From an uncultured Sphingomonas sp. (GTDB taxonomy: Bacteria; Pseudomonadota; Alphaproteobacteria; Sphingomonadales; Sphingomonadaceae), in NCBI RefSeq assembly GCF_964250165.1, contig NZ_CAXUEK010000004.1, positions 2,660-66,659 of the forward strand: 64,000 nucleotides of DNA. The letters run 5' to 3'. Below are positions 49,168-58,194 of this stretch, in pieces. Position 1 is the first letter of the stretch. Every line of letters starts with the position of its first letter. The position numbers were made by a program, and so were the translations under genes. The notes under the pieces were generated by a model that saw only the letters and a list, made by a program, of their open reading frames with translations, did no database searches and had not been told where the DNA came from.

Positions 49168-50007
49168 ATGAGCACCCGGCCACCCTCTGCGATCGGACAT
49201 GCGCCCGGCGAGCCGGTGATCCGCAACGTCAATTGGGGCGGCCTGAAGACCCTCTATGTGAAGGAGGTGCGCCGCTTCTTCAAGGTGCAGCTCCAGACGC
49301 TGTGGGCGCCCGCGGCCACCACGCTGCTGTTCCTGATCGTCTTCACCGTCTCGACCGGCGCGCGGCGGCCGGTGCAGGTGGGCGGCACGGTGATCCCCTT
49401 CGCCGATTTCATCGCGCCCGGCCTCATCATCAGCCAGGGCATGATGGGGCCCGCCTTCGCCAACGCCAGTTTCTCGCTGTTGGTCGGCAAGATCCAGGGC
49501 ACGATCGTCGACTATCTCCAGCCGCCGCTCTCGACCGGCGAGCTGCTGACCGCGCTGGTCGGCGGCGCGATGACGCGGGCGTTCCTCGTCGGGCTGATCT
49601 GCTGGGCGGCGATGGCGCTGTATCCGGGCGTCCACGTCACGCCGGTGCACCCGCTGGCGGTGCTGTGGTTCGGGTTCATGGGCGCCGCGTTCCTGGCGCT
49701 GCTGGGCGTGCTGACCTCGATCTGGGCCGAGAAGTTCGACCATGCCGCCGCGGTCACCAACTTCGTGATCGCGCCGCTGTCGCTGCTGTCAGGCACCTTC
49801 TATTCGGTCGACCGGCTGGCGCCGGCGTTCCGCGCGTTCAGCCACGCCAATCCGTTCTTCTACATCATCTCGGGCTTCCGCTACGGTTTCCTGGGCTTCG
49901 CCGACTCGCCGGTGCGGCTGGGCGGCGCGATCATGCTGGTGGCGGACGCGGCGCTGGCGATGCTGTGCTATGCGCTGCTGCGGAGCGGGTGGAAGCTGAA
50001 GAACTGA
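49168..50007 (+). CDS. ABC-2 type transporter permease (YadH-like)
   Basis: TLY.KEVRRF.KV..QT, FIAPGLI, GKIQGTI.D.L.PPLS, LSGTFYS...L, NPFFY.I.GFRYGF. Confidence 0.9.
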   Translation: MSTRPPSAIGHAPGEPVIRNVNWGGLKTLYVKEVRRFFKVQLQTLWAPAATTLLFLIVFTVSTGARRPVQVGGTVIPFADFIAPGLIISQGMMGPAFANASFSLLVGKIQGTIVDYLQPPLSTGELLTALVGGAMTRAFLVGLICWAAMALYPGVHVTPVHPLAVLWFGFMGAAFLALLGVLTSIWAEKFDHAAAVTNFVIAPLSLLSGTFYSVDRLAPAFRAFSHANPFFYIISGFRYGFLGFADSPVRLGGAIMLVADAALAMLCYALLRSGWKLKN

Positions 50008-50527
50008 GCCATTCGTCGGCGAGCAGCCCCCAGATGAGCGAGTCGCGCACGCCGAGATGCGTCCGCCATTCGCCCCGCAGCCGCCCCTCCAGCGTGAAGC
50101 CGAGCGCCGCCAGCAGGCGGTTGGAGGCGGCATTGTCCGGGTCCGTGTCGGCGAACACGCGGCGCAGCCCCTCGGCGCGGAATAGCCGGTCGAGCAGCGC
50201 CGCCACCATCTCGCGCGCCAGCCCGCGGCCCCAGTGGGCGCGCACCAGCGAATAGCCGATCTCCGCCACCTCGCCCGGCCGGGTATCGTGGACGGACGCC
50301 GTGCCGATCGCCCGGTCGTCGTCGGCCAGCGTCGCGACCCACATGCGCCAGCCCTCGGCCGCCAGGTTGCGCGTCAGCTTCGCGCGGGTCTGCGCCGGAT
50401 CGGTGTGGGGCGCGTGCGACCAGTAGCGCATCGCCGCTTCATCGGCATAGCCGGGGTGCAGCGCCTCGGCATCGTCGACCCGCGCCGGCCGCAGCCGGAG
50501 CCGCTCCGTCGCAAGGATCGGCGTCAT
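49931..50527 (-). CDS. RimJ/RimL-type GNAT N-acetyltransferase
   Basis: L.TERLRLRP, EIGYSL.R..WGRGLA.E, DP.N.AS..LL..LGF..EG.LR. Confidence 0.9.
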   Translation of the reverse strand: MTPILATERLRLRPARVDDAEALHPGYADEAAMRYWSHAPHTDPAQTRAKLTRNLAAEGWRMWVATLADDDRAIGTASVHDTRPGEVAEIGYSLVRAHWGRGLAREMVAALLDRLFRAEGLRRVFADTDPDNAASNRLLAALGFTLEGRLRGEWRTHLGVRDSLIWGLLADEWLSSSASTRSAAAHSTASPAPRPPPA

Positions 50528-51309
50528 GCCGTCAGCGCGTCGACCAGCGCCTGCACCTTGCGCTGGCGCCATTGCGGCAGCGGGGCGACCAGCCAATAGC
50601 CGTGCGCGCTCGGCCGCGCCTCGTCCAGCGCGACGACGCGTCCGGTGCCGAGGTCGGTGCGCGCGAGCAGCTCGGGCACCGTCGCGCGGCCCAGCCCCGC
50701 CGCCGCGGCGTCGATCGCCAGCCCGGCATCGCCGACCTGCAGCGGGGCGGTAGGATCGGGCAGCCCCGGCCAGGCGATCGTCCCCGCCGCGCCGCCGCCG
50801 GGCGCGGCGACCGTCACCAGCCCCTCCGACTCGATCGCCTCGCCCTCCTCCGCCCCCGGCCCTTCGCCCCAGCGCACCGCCAGATCGAGATTGGCCTCGG
50901 CGAAGTCGACCGCCCCGTCGGCGGCGAGCAGCACGAAGCGCAGCTCGCCGTCCGCCGCCGCGATGCGGGCGAGGCGCGGCATCAGCCACTTCTCCGTCAC
51001 GTCGCGCGGCGCCGCGATCGTCAGCGATTTGGAGGTCTGCCCCGCCTGCATCGCGCGCACCGCCTCCTCGAAGTGGAGGAAGCCGTCGCGCAGCGGCTCG
51101 AGCCCCGCGGCCGCCTCGGGCGTCAGCTCCAGCCCGCGCGTGGTGCGGCGGAACAGGACGACGCCGAGCATGTCCTCCAGCGCCCTGATCTGCTGGCCGA
51201 CCGCGGCCGGCGTAACCGCCAGCTCGTCCGCGGCGCGGGTGAAGGACAGGTGCCGGGCGGCGGCGTCGAGCACGCGCAGGCCGTTGAGCGGGAGGTGGGT
51301 GCGCTTCAC
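50524..51309 (-). CDS. LysR family regulator (GcvA-like HTH, shortened effector domain)
   Basis: LPLNGLRVLDAAARHLSFTRAADELAVTPAAVGQQIR.LE; 261 aa; GTG start. Confidence 0.9.
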   Translation of the reverse strand: MKRTHLPLNGLRVLDAAARHLSFTRAADELAVTPAAVGQQIRALEDMLGVVLFRRTTRGLELTPEAAAGLEPLRDGFLHFEEAVRAMQAGQTSKSLTIAAPRDVTEKWLMPRLARIAAADGELRFVLLAADGAVDFAEANLDLAVRWGEGPGAEEGEAIESEGLVTVAAPGGGAAGTIAWPGLPDPTAPLQVGDAGLAIDAAAAGLGRATVPELLARTDLGTGRVVALDEARPSAHGYWLVAPLPQWRQRKVQALVDALTA

Positions 51310-51317
51310 CGCCCCGA

Positions 51318-51338
51318 TCCTCCCCGTGCCGGGGAGGA
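51318..51338. repeat. Family A terminal hairpin remnant
   Basis: TCCTCCCCG-TGC-CGGGGAGGA perfect 9-bp stem matching the MITE end. Confidence 0.65.
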
Positions 51339-51340
51339 GT

Positions 51341-51742
51341 TCAAGAAGCCACCGCCGGCGCGACCAGCGCGAAGCGGGGGATCTCGACGTCGAACGCCCG
51401 GCCATCCTCGCCGACCATGCGATAGCTGCCCTGCATAGCCCCGGTCGGCGTCGCCAGCGGGCAGCCCGAGACATAGTCGTAGCTCGCGCCCGGCTCGATC
51501 AGCGGCTGCTCGCCGACCACGCCCTCGCCCTCCACCGAATGGCGCGCGCCGCGCCCGTCGGTGATGACCCAGCGGCGGGTGAGCAGCTGCACCGCCTCCG
51601 CGCCCTCGTTCTCGATGCGGATGTGGTAGGCCCAGAACCAGCGGCCGCGGCGCGGCTCCGATTGCTCGGGTAGGTAGCTGACCGACACGCGCACGGTAAC
51701 GCCGCCGGTGGTCGCGGCGTGCGGAAACAGCGCCTTCATCAT
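51341..51742 (-). CDS. apaG: ApaG (Co2+/Mg2+ efflux-associated) protein
   Basis: Y.IRIEN, VQLLTRRW.ITD, VEGEGVVGEQP, Y.SGCPL.TP.G.MQG.Y. Confidence 0.96.
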   Translation of the reverse strand: MMKALFPHAATTGGVTVRVSVSYLPEQSEPRRGRWFWAYHIRIENEGAEAVQLLTRRWVITDGRGARHSVEGEGVVGEQPLIEPGASYDYVSGCPLATPTGAMQGSYRMVGEDGRAFDVEIPRFALVAPAVAS

Positions 51743-51753
51743 CGCCGTCGCGC

Positions 51754-52959
51754 TCACAGCCCGACCGCCCGCAGCGCCTGGTCCAGATCGTCGATCAGGT
51801 CGAGCGGGTCCTCCAGGCCGACGTTGAGCCGCAGCAATCCCTCGGTGACGCCCATGTCCAGCCGCTTGTCCTCGGCGACGCCGGAATGGGTGGTGGAAGC
51901 GGGATGACACATCAGCGAGCGCGAATCGCCGATGTTGTTGGAGATGTCGATCAGCTGCAGCGCGTCGAGCAGCCCGTGCGCCTGCGTGCGATCCGCGACC
52001 TCGAACGCGAAGATCGGGCCGGCGGCGGCCATCTGGCGCATCGCCAGCGCGTGCTGCGGGTGGCTGGCGAGCCCCGGATGCAGCATCCGCGGCACCCGGC
52101 CCTCCAGGAACCGGCCGACCGCCAGCGCGCTCTCCGACTGGCGGCGGATGCGCAGGTCCAGCGTCTCCAATCCCTTCAGCACCACCCACGCGTTGAACGG
52201 CGACAGCGTCGGCCCGGTATTGCGGGTGAACGGCAGCAGCGTGTTGTCGATGAAATCCTGCGTCCCGCACACCGCGCCGGCGAGTACGCGCCCCTGCCCG
52301 TCCATCATCTTGGTGGCGGAATAGGCGACCACGTCCGCGCCCCATTCCAGCGGCCGCTGCAGGGCCGGCGTCGCGAAGGCGTTGTCGACCACGGTCGTGA
52401 TCCCGCGGTCGCGCGCGATCCCGCACACGGCGGCCAGGTCGACCACGTCCAGCGTCGGGTTGGCGGGCGTCTCGAAGAAGAAGACCCTGGTCTCTGGCCG
52501 ACACGCGTCGACGAACGCCTGCGGGTCGCGCGCGTCGACCACCGTGGTGGCGATGCCGAACCGCGGCAGGAGCGTGTCGGTCAGCCAGCGGCACGAGCCG
52601 AACGCGGCGCGCCCGCCCACCATGTGATCGCCGGCGGACAGCTGGCAGAGCAGCGCCGCGGTCATCGCCGCCATGCCGGACGCGGTGGCGCGGCACGCCT
52701 CCGCTCCCTCCAGCAAGGCGATGCGCTGCTCCAGCATCTCGACGGTGGGGTTCTGGAGACGGGAATAGGTCATCCCGACCTGCTCGCCGGCAAAGCGCGC
52801 CGCGGCATCGCCCGCCCGATCGTAGGAATAGCCCGACGTCAGGAACAGCGCCTCGGACGTCTCGCCCCATTCGGAGCGCGCGGTGCCGCCGCGCACGGCG
52901 CGGGTGGCCGGCCGCCAGCCGTCGGTGATCGCGCGATCCTGCCCGGTGAAACGCTTCAT
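51754..52959 (-). CDS. metZ: O-succinylhomoserine sulfhydrylase
   Basis: GETSEALFLTSG, YSRLQNPTV, ETPANPTL, DN.FATP.LQ, YSATK..DGQGR, ISNNIGD.RSL..HP.STTH. Confidence 0.93.
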   Translation of the reverse strand: MKRFTGQDRAITDGWRPATRAVRGGTARSEWGETSEALFLTSGYSYDRAGDAAARFAGEQVGMTYSRLQNPTVEMLEQRIALLEGAEACRATASGMAAMTAALLCQLSAGDHMVGGRAAFGSCRWLTDTLLPRFGIATTVVDARDPQAFVDACRPETRVFFFETPANPTLDVVDLAAVCGIARDRGITTVVDNAFATPALQRPLEWGADVVAYSATKMMDGQGRVLAGAVCGTQDFIDNTLLPFTRNTGPTLSPFNAWVVLKGLETLDLRIRRQSESALAVGRFLEGRVPRMLHPGLASHPQHALAMRQMAAAGPIFAFEVADRTQAHGLLDALQLIDISNNIGDSRSLMCHPASTTHSGVAEDKRLDMGVTEGLLRLNVGLEDPLDLIDDLDQALRAVGL

Positions 52960-53073
52960 GGGCGCGCGCTTTGCCGGTTCGGCGGAAGGGCTGCAACCTT
53001 TCCTCGTCATCCCGGGCTCGACTCCTGGGGTTAGGGGTTGTCAGCGCCCGGCCGAACGAGAACAGGAACGATC

Positions 53074-54309
53074 GTGTCCCTTTTTCGCCGTCCGCTGCCC
53101 GCCGCGTTGCTGCTCGGCCTGGCGGCGCAGCTGCTCTTCTCCTGGCGGCTCACCACCCCGCACAAGCTGGTGTTCGACGAAATCCACTACGTCCCCGCCG
53201 CGCGCATCCTGTGGGGGCTGGAGCGGCCGTGGAACACCGAGCACCCGCTACTCGGCAAGGCGCTGATCGGGCTCGGCATGAGGATGTTCGGTGACGACGC
53301 GCTGGGCTGGCGCGCGCTCTCGACGCTCGCGGGCACGGCGACGGTGCTGGCGCTGTTCGCGTGCGCCTGGCTGCTGTTCGGGCGGCTGCGCACGGCCGTG
53401 CTGACGGCGCTGTTCGCGATCTTCAACATCACGCTGTTCGTGCAGGCGCGGATCGCGATGCTGGACGGATTCCTCGCGGCCTTCGTCGTCGCCGCGCTCG
53501 CGACGATGCTGTGGGCGATGCGGGGCCGGGGCGGCGTGGTCCGGCGACGCTGGCTCGCTGGCAGCGTGCTGCTGGGCCTCGCCGCCGGCGTGAAGTGGCT
53601 CGCCGTCCCCTATATCGCGCTCGCCGCGGCGGGATTCGTGCTGGCGAAGCGGCGCGCGCCGTGGCGCTGGCCGGGACTGGGACCGGTGCGCGCGCTTCTG
53701 ACGCTCGGGCTGGCGAGCGCGGCGGCGTATCTCCTCACCTTCCTGCCCGCCTTCTTCTACGCCGAGCAGCCGCTGACGCTCGCCACCCTGCTGCCGTTCC
53801 AGCTCCAGATGCTGAGCGAACAGCGACAGGTGCTGCCGCCGCACACCTATCAGTCGTCCTGGTGGAGCTGGCCGCTGCTGATCCGCCCGATCTGGTATCT
53901 GTACGAGCCGGCCGACGGCGCGATGCGCGGCATCCTGATGATCGGCAACCCGGCGGTGATGTGGGGCGGCCTCCTCGCGGTCGCCGCCTGCCTGTGGGCG
54001 TGGCGGCGCGAGCAGTCCGCGGCGCTGGGCGGGGTGGCGGCGCTGTGGCTCGCCGGCTGGGGCATGTGGGCGCTGATCCCCAAGAGCCTCGGCTTCTATT
54101 ACTATTATTACCTACCCAGCCTGTGGCTGCCGCTCGCCCTCGCCGCCGCGTTCGACCGCTATGGCCGCGGGCGGCTGCGCTACTGGGACGAGGCGGCGGT
54201 GGCGCTGACGGGCGGGCTGTTCCTCTATTTCTACCCGATCGTCTCCGCCCGGCCGCTCTGGGGGCCGCCCGCCTTCCGACACTGGATGTGGTTCAGCACC
54301 TGGCCGTGA
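53074..54309 (+). CDS. Phospholipid-carrier-dependent glycosyltransferase (PMT / GT-C family)
   Basis: FDE.HYVPAAR, EHPLLGK.LI, QARIAMLD, H.YQS.WW.WP...RPIWY, YYYYYLP; many TM helices. Confidence 0.88.
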   Translation: MSLFRRPLPAALLLGLAAQLLFSWRLTTPHKLVFDEIHYVPAARILWGLERPWNTEHPLLGKALIGLGMRMFGDDALGWRALSTLAGTATVLALFACAWLLFGRLRTAVLTALFAIFNITLFVQARIAMLDGFLAAFVVAALATMLWAMRGRGGVVRRRWLAGSVLLGLAAGVKWLAVPYIALAAAGFVLAKRRAPWRWPGLGPVRALLTLGLASAAAYLLTFLPAFFYAEQPLTLATLLPFQLQMLSEQRQVLPPHTYQSSWWSWPLLIRPIWYLYEPADGAMRGILMIGNPAVMWGGLLAVAACLWAWRREQSAALGGVAALWLAGWGMWALIPKSLGFYYYYYLPSLWLPLALAAAFDRYGRGRLRYWDEAAVALTGGLFLYFYPIVSARPLWGPPAFRHWMWFSTWP

Positions 54310-54310
54310 T

Positions 54311-54345
54311 GATCTGATCCTCCCCGGGACGGGGAGGATCAGATC
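54311..54345. terminator. Perfect 16-bp hairpin between convergent genes (family A-derived, possible bidirectional terminator)
   Basis: GATCTGATCCTCCCCG-GGA-CGGGGAGGATCAGATC. Confidence 0.6.
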
Positions 54346-55387
54346 AGAGCGCCGCCAGCACCGCATCGCCCATCGCCTGCGTCGAGCAGGTCCCGCCCAG
54401 ATCGGCGGTGCGCGCGCCGCCGGCGATCGCGGCGGCCACCGCCGCCTCGATCCGGTCCGCCGGTTCGGGCAGCCGCAGCGAATGGCGCAGCAGCATCGCC
54501 GCCGACAGGATCGCCGCGCACGGGTTCGCCTTGCCCTGCCCGGCGATGTCGGGCGCGGAGCCGTGGATCGGCTCGAACAGCCCCTTGCCGTCCTCGTCGA
54601 GCGCGGCGGAGGGGAGCATGCCGATCGAGCCGGCGCACATCGAGGCCTGGTCCGACAGGATGTCCCCGAAGAGGTTGCCGCAGACGATGACGTCGAACTG
54701 GCCGGGATCGCGCACCAGCTGCATCGCGGCATTGTCGACGTACATGTGGGTGAGTTGCACGCCGGGGAAGTCGCGGCGCACCTCGTTGACCACCTCGCGC
54801 CACACCGCCGAGGTCTCCAGCACATTGGCCTTGTCGACCGACAGCAGCTGCCCGCGCCGCCCCGCCGCCGCCGCGAAGGCGATGCGGGCGATGCGGGCGA
54901 TCTCCGCCTCGTCATATTGCATGACGTCGCGGCCATAGCGCAGGCCGTCAGGCGTGCGGCCGCGGCTGTGCTCGCCGAAATAGATGTCGCCGGTCAGCTC
55001 GCGCACGATCAGCAGGTCAATCGCGCGCGCGATGTCGGGCTTGAGCGCGCTGGCGTCCTCCAGCCCGGGAAACAGGCGGACGGGGCGCAGGTTGGCGAAC
55101 AGTTTCAGCCGCTTGCGCAGGCCCAGGATCGCCTGTTCGGGGCGCAGCTCGCGCTCCAGCCCGTCATATTCGGGCGCCCCCACCGCGCCGAACAGCACGG
55201 CATCGGCCCGCTGCGCGAGCGCGAGCGTCTCGGGCGGCAGCGGATGCGCGGCGGCGAGATAGGCCGCGCCGCCGGCAGGCGCGTGCGCGAAGGTCAGATC
55301 GAGGTCGAGCGCGTCGAGCACCCGCACCGCCTCGGCGGTCACCTCGGGGCCGATGCCGTCGCCGGGCAGGACTGCGATCAGGGCCAA
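54344..55387 (-). CDS. leuB: 3-isopropylmalate dehydrogenase
   Basis: [58 protein letters not shown]; TTG start with GGGAG RBS. Confidence 0.96.
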   Translation of the reverse strand: MALIAVLPGDGIGPEVTAEAVRVLDALDLDLTFAHAPAGGAAYLAAAHPLPPETLALAQRADAVLFGAVGAPEYDGLERELRPEQAILGLRKRLKLFANLRPVRLFPGLEDASALKPDIARAIDLLIVRELTGDIYFGEHSRGRTPDGLRYGRDVMQYDEAEIARIARIAFAAAAGRRGQLLSVDKANVLETSAVWREVVNEVRRDFPGVQLTHMYVDNAAMQLVRDPGQFDVIVCGNLFGDILSDQASMCAGSIGMLPSAALDEDGKGLFEPIHGSAPDIAGQGKANPCAAILSAAMLLRHSLRLPEPADRIEAAVAAAIAGGARTADLGGTCSTQAMGDAVLAAL

Positions 55388-55432
55388 ACGCTCACTCCCA
55401 TTGCGACCGCGGCCATGACGGCGCGCACGCCC

Positions 55433-56164
55433 TCACGCAACCGCGCGTTGCAGCCGCTCGACCAGCCGCGCGCGGGCGGCGAGCGGTTCGGCGCGACGGT
55501 CGTGAAGCAGGTCACGCGCGAGGAAATGGCCGGTCAGTGCCAGGCCGGCGAGGATGTCGGTCCAGTCCGCCGGACCGCCCACGCGCGCGAAGCGCGGCAG
55601 TGCCAGCAGCCGGTCCTCATAGCCCGCCGCCGCTCCCCGGCTCACCGCACCGCCGCTCCGCGGGCTGACGAAGGCGAGGTCGTCCGTCGCGCCGGTCGCG
55701 ACGCACCGCTCCAGGTCGAGGCCGAAGCCGAGCTCGGCGAGCAGCAGCAGCTCGTAGCGCACCAGCGCCGCCGCCCAGCCCCGCGCCGCGGGCGCCGCCT
55801 CCAGCGCGTCGAGCATCCCGGCAAGCCCGTCGTGCAGCCGCGGATAGGGCTGCGCCTCCGGCAGCGCCGCCGCGGTCAGCGCCGTCACCCAGTCGAGCGC
55901 GGCGGCGGGGAGCGGCTCGCGGTGCAGCGGCGCCCGGCTATGGACCAGCTCGACGGTCAGCGCCGCCAGCTGCTCGCCGGTGCGCGCGCGCCATTCGCCC
56001 TGCACGAGGTTGCCCGCCTGCAGCGCCGGCCGCAGCCGCCCCGAATGCCCGCCCCGCACATAGCCGGGCTGCACGCCGTCATCGCGCGTGAAGGCGCGGA
56101 CGACCGCGCCATGCTCGCCATGGCCGCGGACCGCGAGGACGATGGCGTCGGCGCGCAGGTGCAT
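55433..56164 (-). CDS. recO: DNA repair protein RecO
   Basis: GEHGAV, LQ.GN.V...[33 protein letters not shown]. Confidence 0.95.
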   Translation of the reverse strand: MHLRADAIVLAVRGHGEHGAVVRAFTRDDGVQPGYVRGGHSGRLRPALQAGNLVQGEWRARTGEQLAALTVELVHSRAPLHREPLPAAALDWVTALTAAALPEAQPYPRLHDGLAGMLDALEAAPAARGWAAALVRYELLLLAELGFGLDLERCVATGATDDLAFVSPRSGGAVSRGAAAGYEDRLLALPRFARVGGPADWTDILAGLALTGHFLARDLLHDRRAEPLAARARLVERLQRAVA

Positions 56165-56179
56165 GCGCGCGTCCTAGCA

Positions 56180-57196
56180 CTATCGGCCGAGCCGACGCAG
56201 CCTCGGCACCCGCCGCTTTGCCCATGCGACCATGGCGTCGAAACCGCGCATAGCGGCGAGCAGCGCGCGGTTCGCCGCCGTCGGCCCGAGCAGCAGCAGA
56301 TCGACACACTCCACGCCGCCCGTCGCCAGCTGCCGCTTGTGCCGCCCGTCGCCCTCGGTGAAGTCGAACCGGTCCCAGCGACCCTCGCCGAACAGGTCCG
56401 CGAGCGCCGTCGCGAGCAGCACCGTTCCGGGGCTCCGGCTAGCCGCAACCGGATCATGCCCGACATGGTCGTAACGCAGCGTCGCGCCGTCCGCGGTGCA
56501 GCAGAGATATGCGATCGGCGCACCGTCGAGGACCAGCAGCCAGGCGCGCACCCGGTCCGCGGCCGCGAGCGCGAGCAGCGGCGCCGGATCGGCGGGCAGG
56601 CCGGCGTCGAGCAGCCGCTCCTGATAGGTCCGCGCCGATACCGCCCGGGCGAGCGGGTGGAAGGCGGCGATCTCCGCGGGCGTGGCATAGCGCCGCACTT
56701 CAGCGCCGGTTGCGCGCAGCCGCTGATCCTTGCGCCGGAGCCGGCGGCGAAGATCGGCCGACAGCGCGGCGCGCCACGCCGCCTCACCCGCCGCGAGGTC
56801 GATCCAGTGACGCGCGTAACGCTGGCGAATGTGGACGAGGCGGCCCGCCGGCGGAAGATCGGCGAGTGCGGCGACCGGCAGCGAGGTGACGAGCAGGCCC
56901 TCCGCCTGTTCCACCGCGCCGAGCGCCGGGACGCGACCGGCAAGCGCGTCGTCGAGCGACAGCGCGACGCGGACCAGCCGGCGGCGGACCGCCAACAGCG
57001 TGCGCGCGCCGATCTGGAAGCGGAGGGCGACCTCTTCGCTCCTCCCCGGGACGGCGAGGGGGAATGCGCGAGCTTGCTCGCGTGGTGGAGGGGGCCCCGA
57101 TCCAGGCTGACCGCTCGCAACGCAGCCCCCTCCACCAGCGGGCTGCGCCCGGTGGTCCCCCTCCCCGTCCCGGGGAGGAACGAGAGGAACAGTCAC
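56180..57196 (-). CDS. GNAT-domain (CelD/BcsL-like) acetyltransferase with an in-frame MITE near the N-terminus
   Basis: GTG start overlaps the upstream TGA; R.YARH.IDL, RAWLL..DG.PIAY, Y..VGHDP....SPGTVL, FDFTEGD..HK. Confidence 0.82.
   Translation of the reverse strand: MTVPLVPPRDGEGDHRAQPAGGGGCVASGQPGSGPPPPREQARAFPLAVPGRSEEVALRFQIGARTLLAVRRRLVRVALSLDDALAGRVPALGAVEQAEGLLVTSLPVAALADLPPAGRLVHIRQRYARHWIDLAAGEAAWRAALSADLRRRLRRKDQRLRATGAEVRRYATPAEIAAFHPLARAVSARTYQERLLDAGLPADPAPLLALAAADRVRAWLLVLDGAPIAYLCCTADGATLRYDHVGHDPVAASRSPGTVLLATALADLFGEGRWDRFDFTEGDGRHKRQLATGGVECVDLLLLGPTAANRALLAAMRGFDAMVAWAKRRVPRLRRLGR
57032..57190. repeat. Family A MITE-like element inside a CDS (159 bp, 53 codons)
   Basis: CTCTTCGCTCCTCCCCGGGACGGCGAGGGGGA ... 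TCCCCCTCCCCGTCCCGGGGAGGAACGAGAG inverted ends with internal GGTGGAGGGGG/CCCCCTCCACC. Confidence 0.88.
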
Positions 57197-58140
57197 GCCG
57201 CTCTCTCCTCCACCCAGTTGGACCAGAGCTGCTCCGCCTGGCGCCAGCGGGTGCGCAGGCGGGCGGGGCCGAGCGGGGCGTCGGCGCGGTCGAGCGGCAG
57301 GTCGGGCCCGTCGCGGAACCACGTCGTCGGCAGCATGTCGCGCCGACGGTCGAGCAGATCGCACAGCGCGTGGAAACGGCGGACATGCACCGCGTTGGCG
57401 CGCGTGCCGGCGCGGTTGGCGAGTTCGAAGCTGTGGCTGACGATCGTCACCGCCGCATGATCGGCGGCGGCGGCGTGGTCCAGCGCATCGGCCGCCTCGC
57501 TCGCCGAAAGCGCGCAGGGCTGGAACGTGCGCAGCCGCCCGGGGCGATCCTCGATCACCGTCACCGGCACCTCGACCACGCCCGCCCGCGCGACCGGCGC
57601 GATCTGGCGCGCGGGCAGCCCGATCCGGCTGGCCCCGGCCTCCGCGCCGTTGTGGCTGCTGTCATAGCGGATGCCGAGCCCCGCCAGCGCCGGCAGCGTC
57701 GCGTCGTCCGCTGCATAGCTGCCGGCGCGGAAGGCGACCGGGGGCGGCGCGCCCGCGGCCGCCAGCAGCTCGGCCGCGCCCGCGATCAGGTCGCGCTGCG
57801 CCGCCTCGTGGAACTCCCACAGCTGGAAGCGGCCCTGCGCCCCAGCCTCACCGGCCCGTGCGCCCGCCCATTGCGGGTGAAGATGCAGCTGCACCTCCTG
57901 CCCCGCCGCCAGCACCTGCTCGACGACGCGGCTGACGGGCGCGAGACCGTAGACCAGCGCCGGCATCGGATCGACGAACACGCACGCCTTGAGCCCGTGC
58001 CGCGCCAGCGTCGCGAGCTGATAGGCGAGGCCGACCGCGGCGCCGTCGAACGACCGCCGCTCGATCTCCGCGAGCGGCAGCCCCGCCCGATGGTGGCGCC
58101 ACGCGATCTCGGCGTCGATCGTCAGGAAGACGCGGGTCAT
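57193..58140 (-). CDS. Polysaccharide deacetylase family protein
   Basis: VFLTID.E, FVDPMPA, EVQLHLHPQW, AFRAG.Y, YDSS.N, HSFE. Confidence 0.85.
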   Translation of the reverse strand: MTRVFLTIDAEIAWRHHRAGLPLAEIERRSFDGAAVGLAYQLATLARHGLKACVFVDPMPALVYGLAPVSRVVEQVLAAGQEVQLHLHPQWAGARAGEAGAQGRFQLWEFHEAAQRDLIAGAAELLAAAGAPPPVAFRAGSYAADDATLPALAGLGIRYDSSHNGAEAGASRIGLPARQIAPVARAGVVEVPVTVIEDRPGRLRTFQPCALSASEAADALDHAAAADHAAVTIVSHSFELANRAGTRANAVHVRRFHALCDLLDRRRDMLPTTWFRDGPDLPLDRADAPLGPARLRTRWRQAEQLWSNWVEERAA

Positions 58141-58194
58141 CGCGCCAGCCATAGCTCGGCGGAGTGAACAATCCTCAAACCCGACGCGGGGTTG

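Noticed and set aside
53054-53069. GAAC-N8-GAAC resembling an alphaproteobacterial LexA box
   Set aside because: The canonical spacer is 7 nt and the flanking genes are not SOS-type
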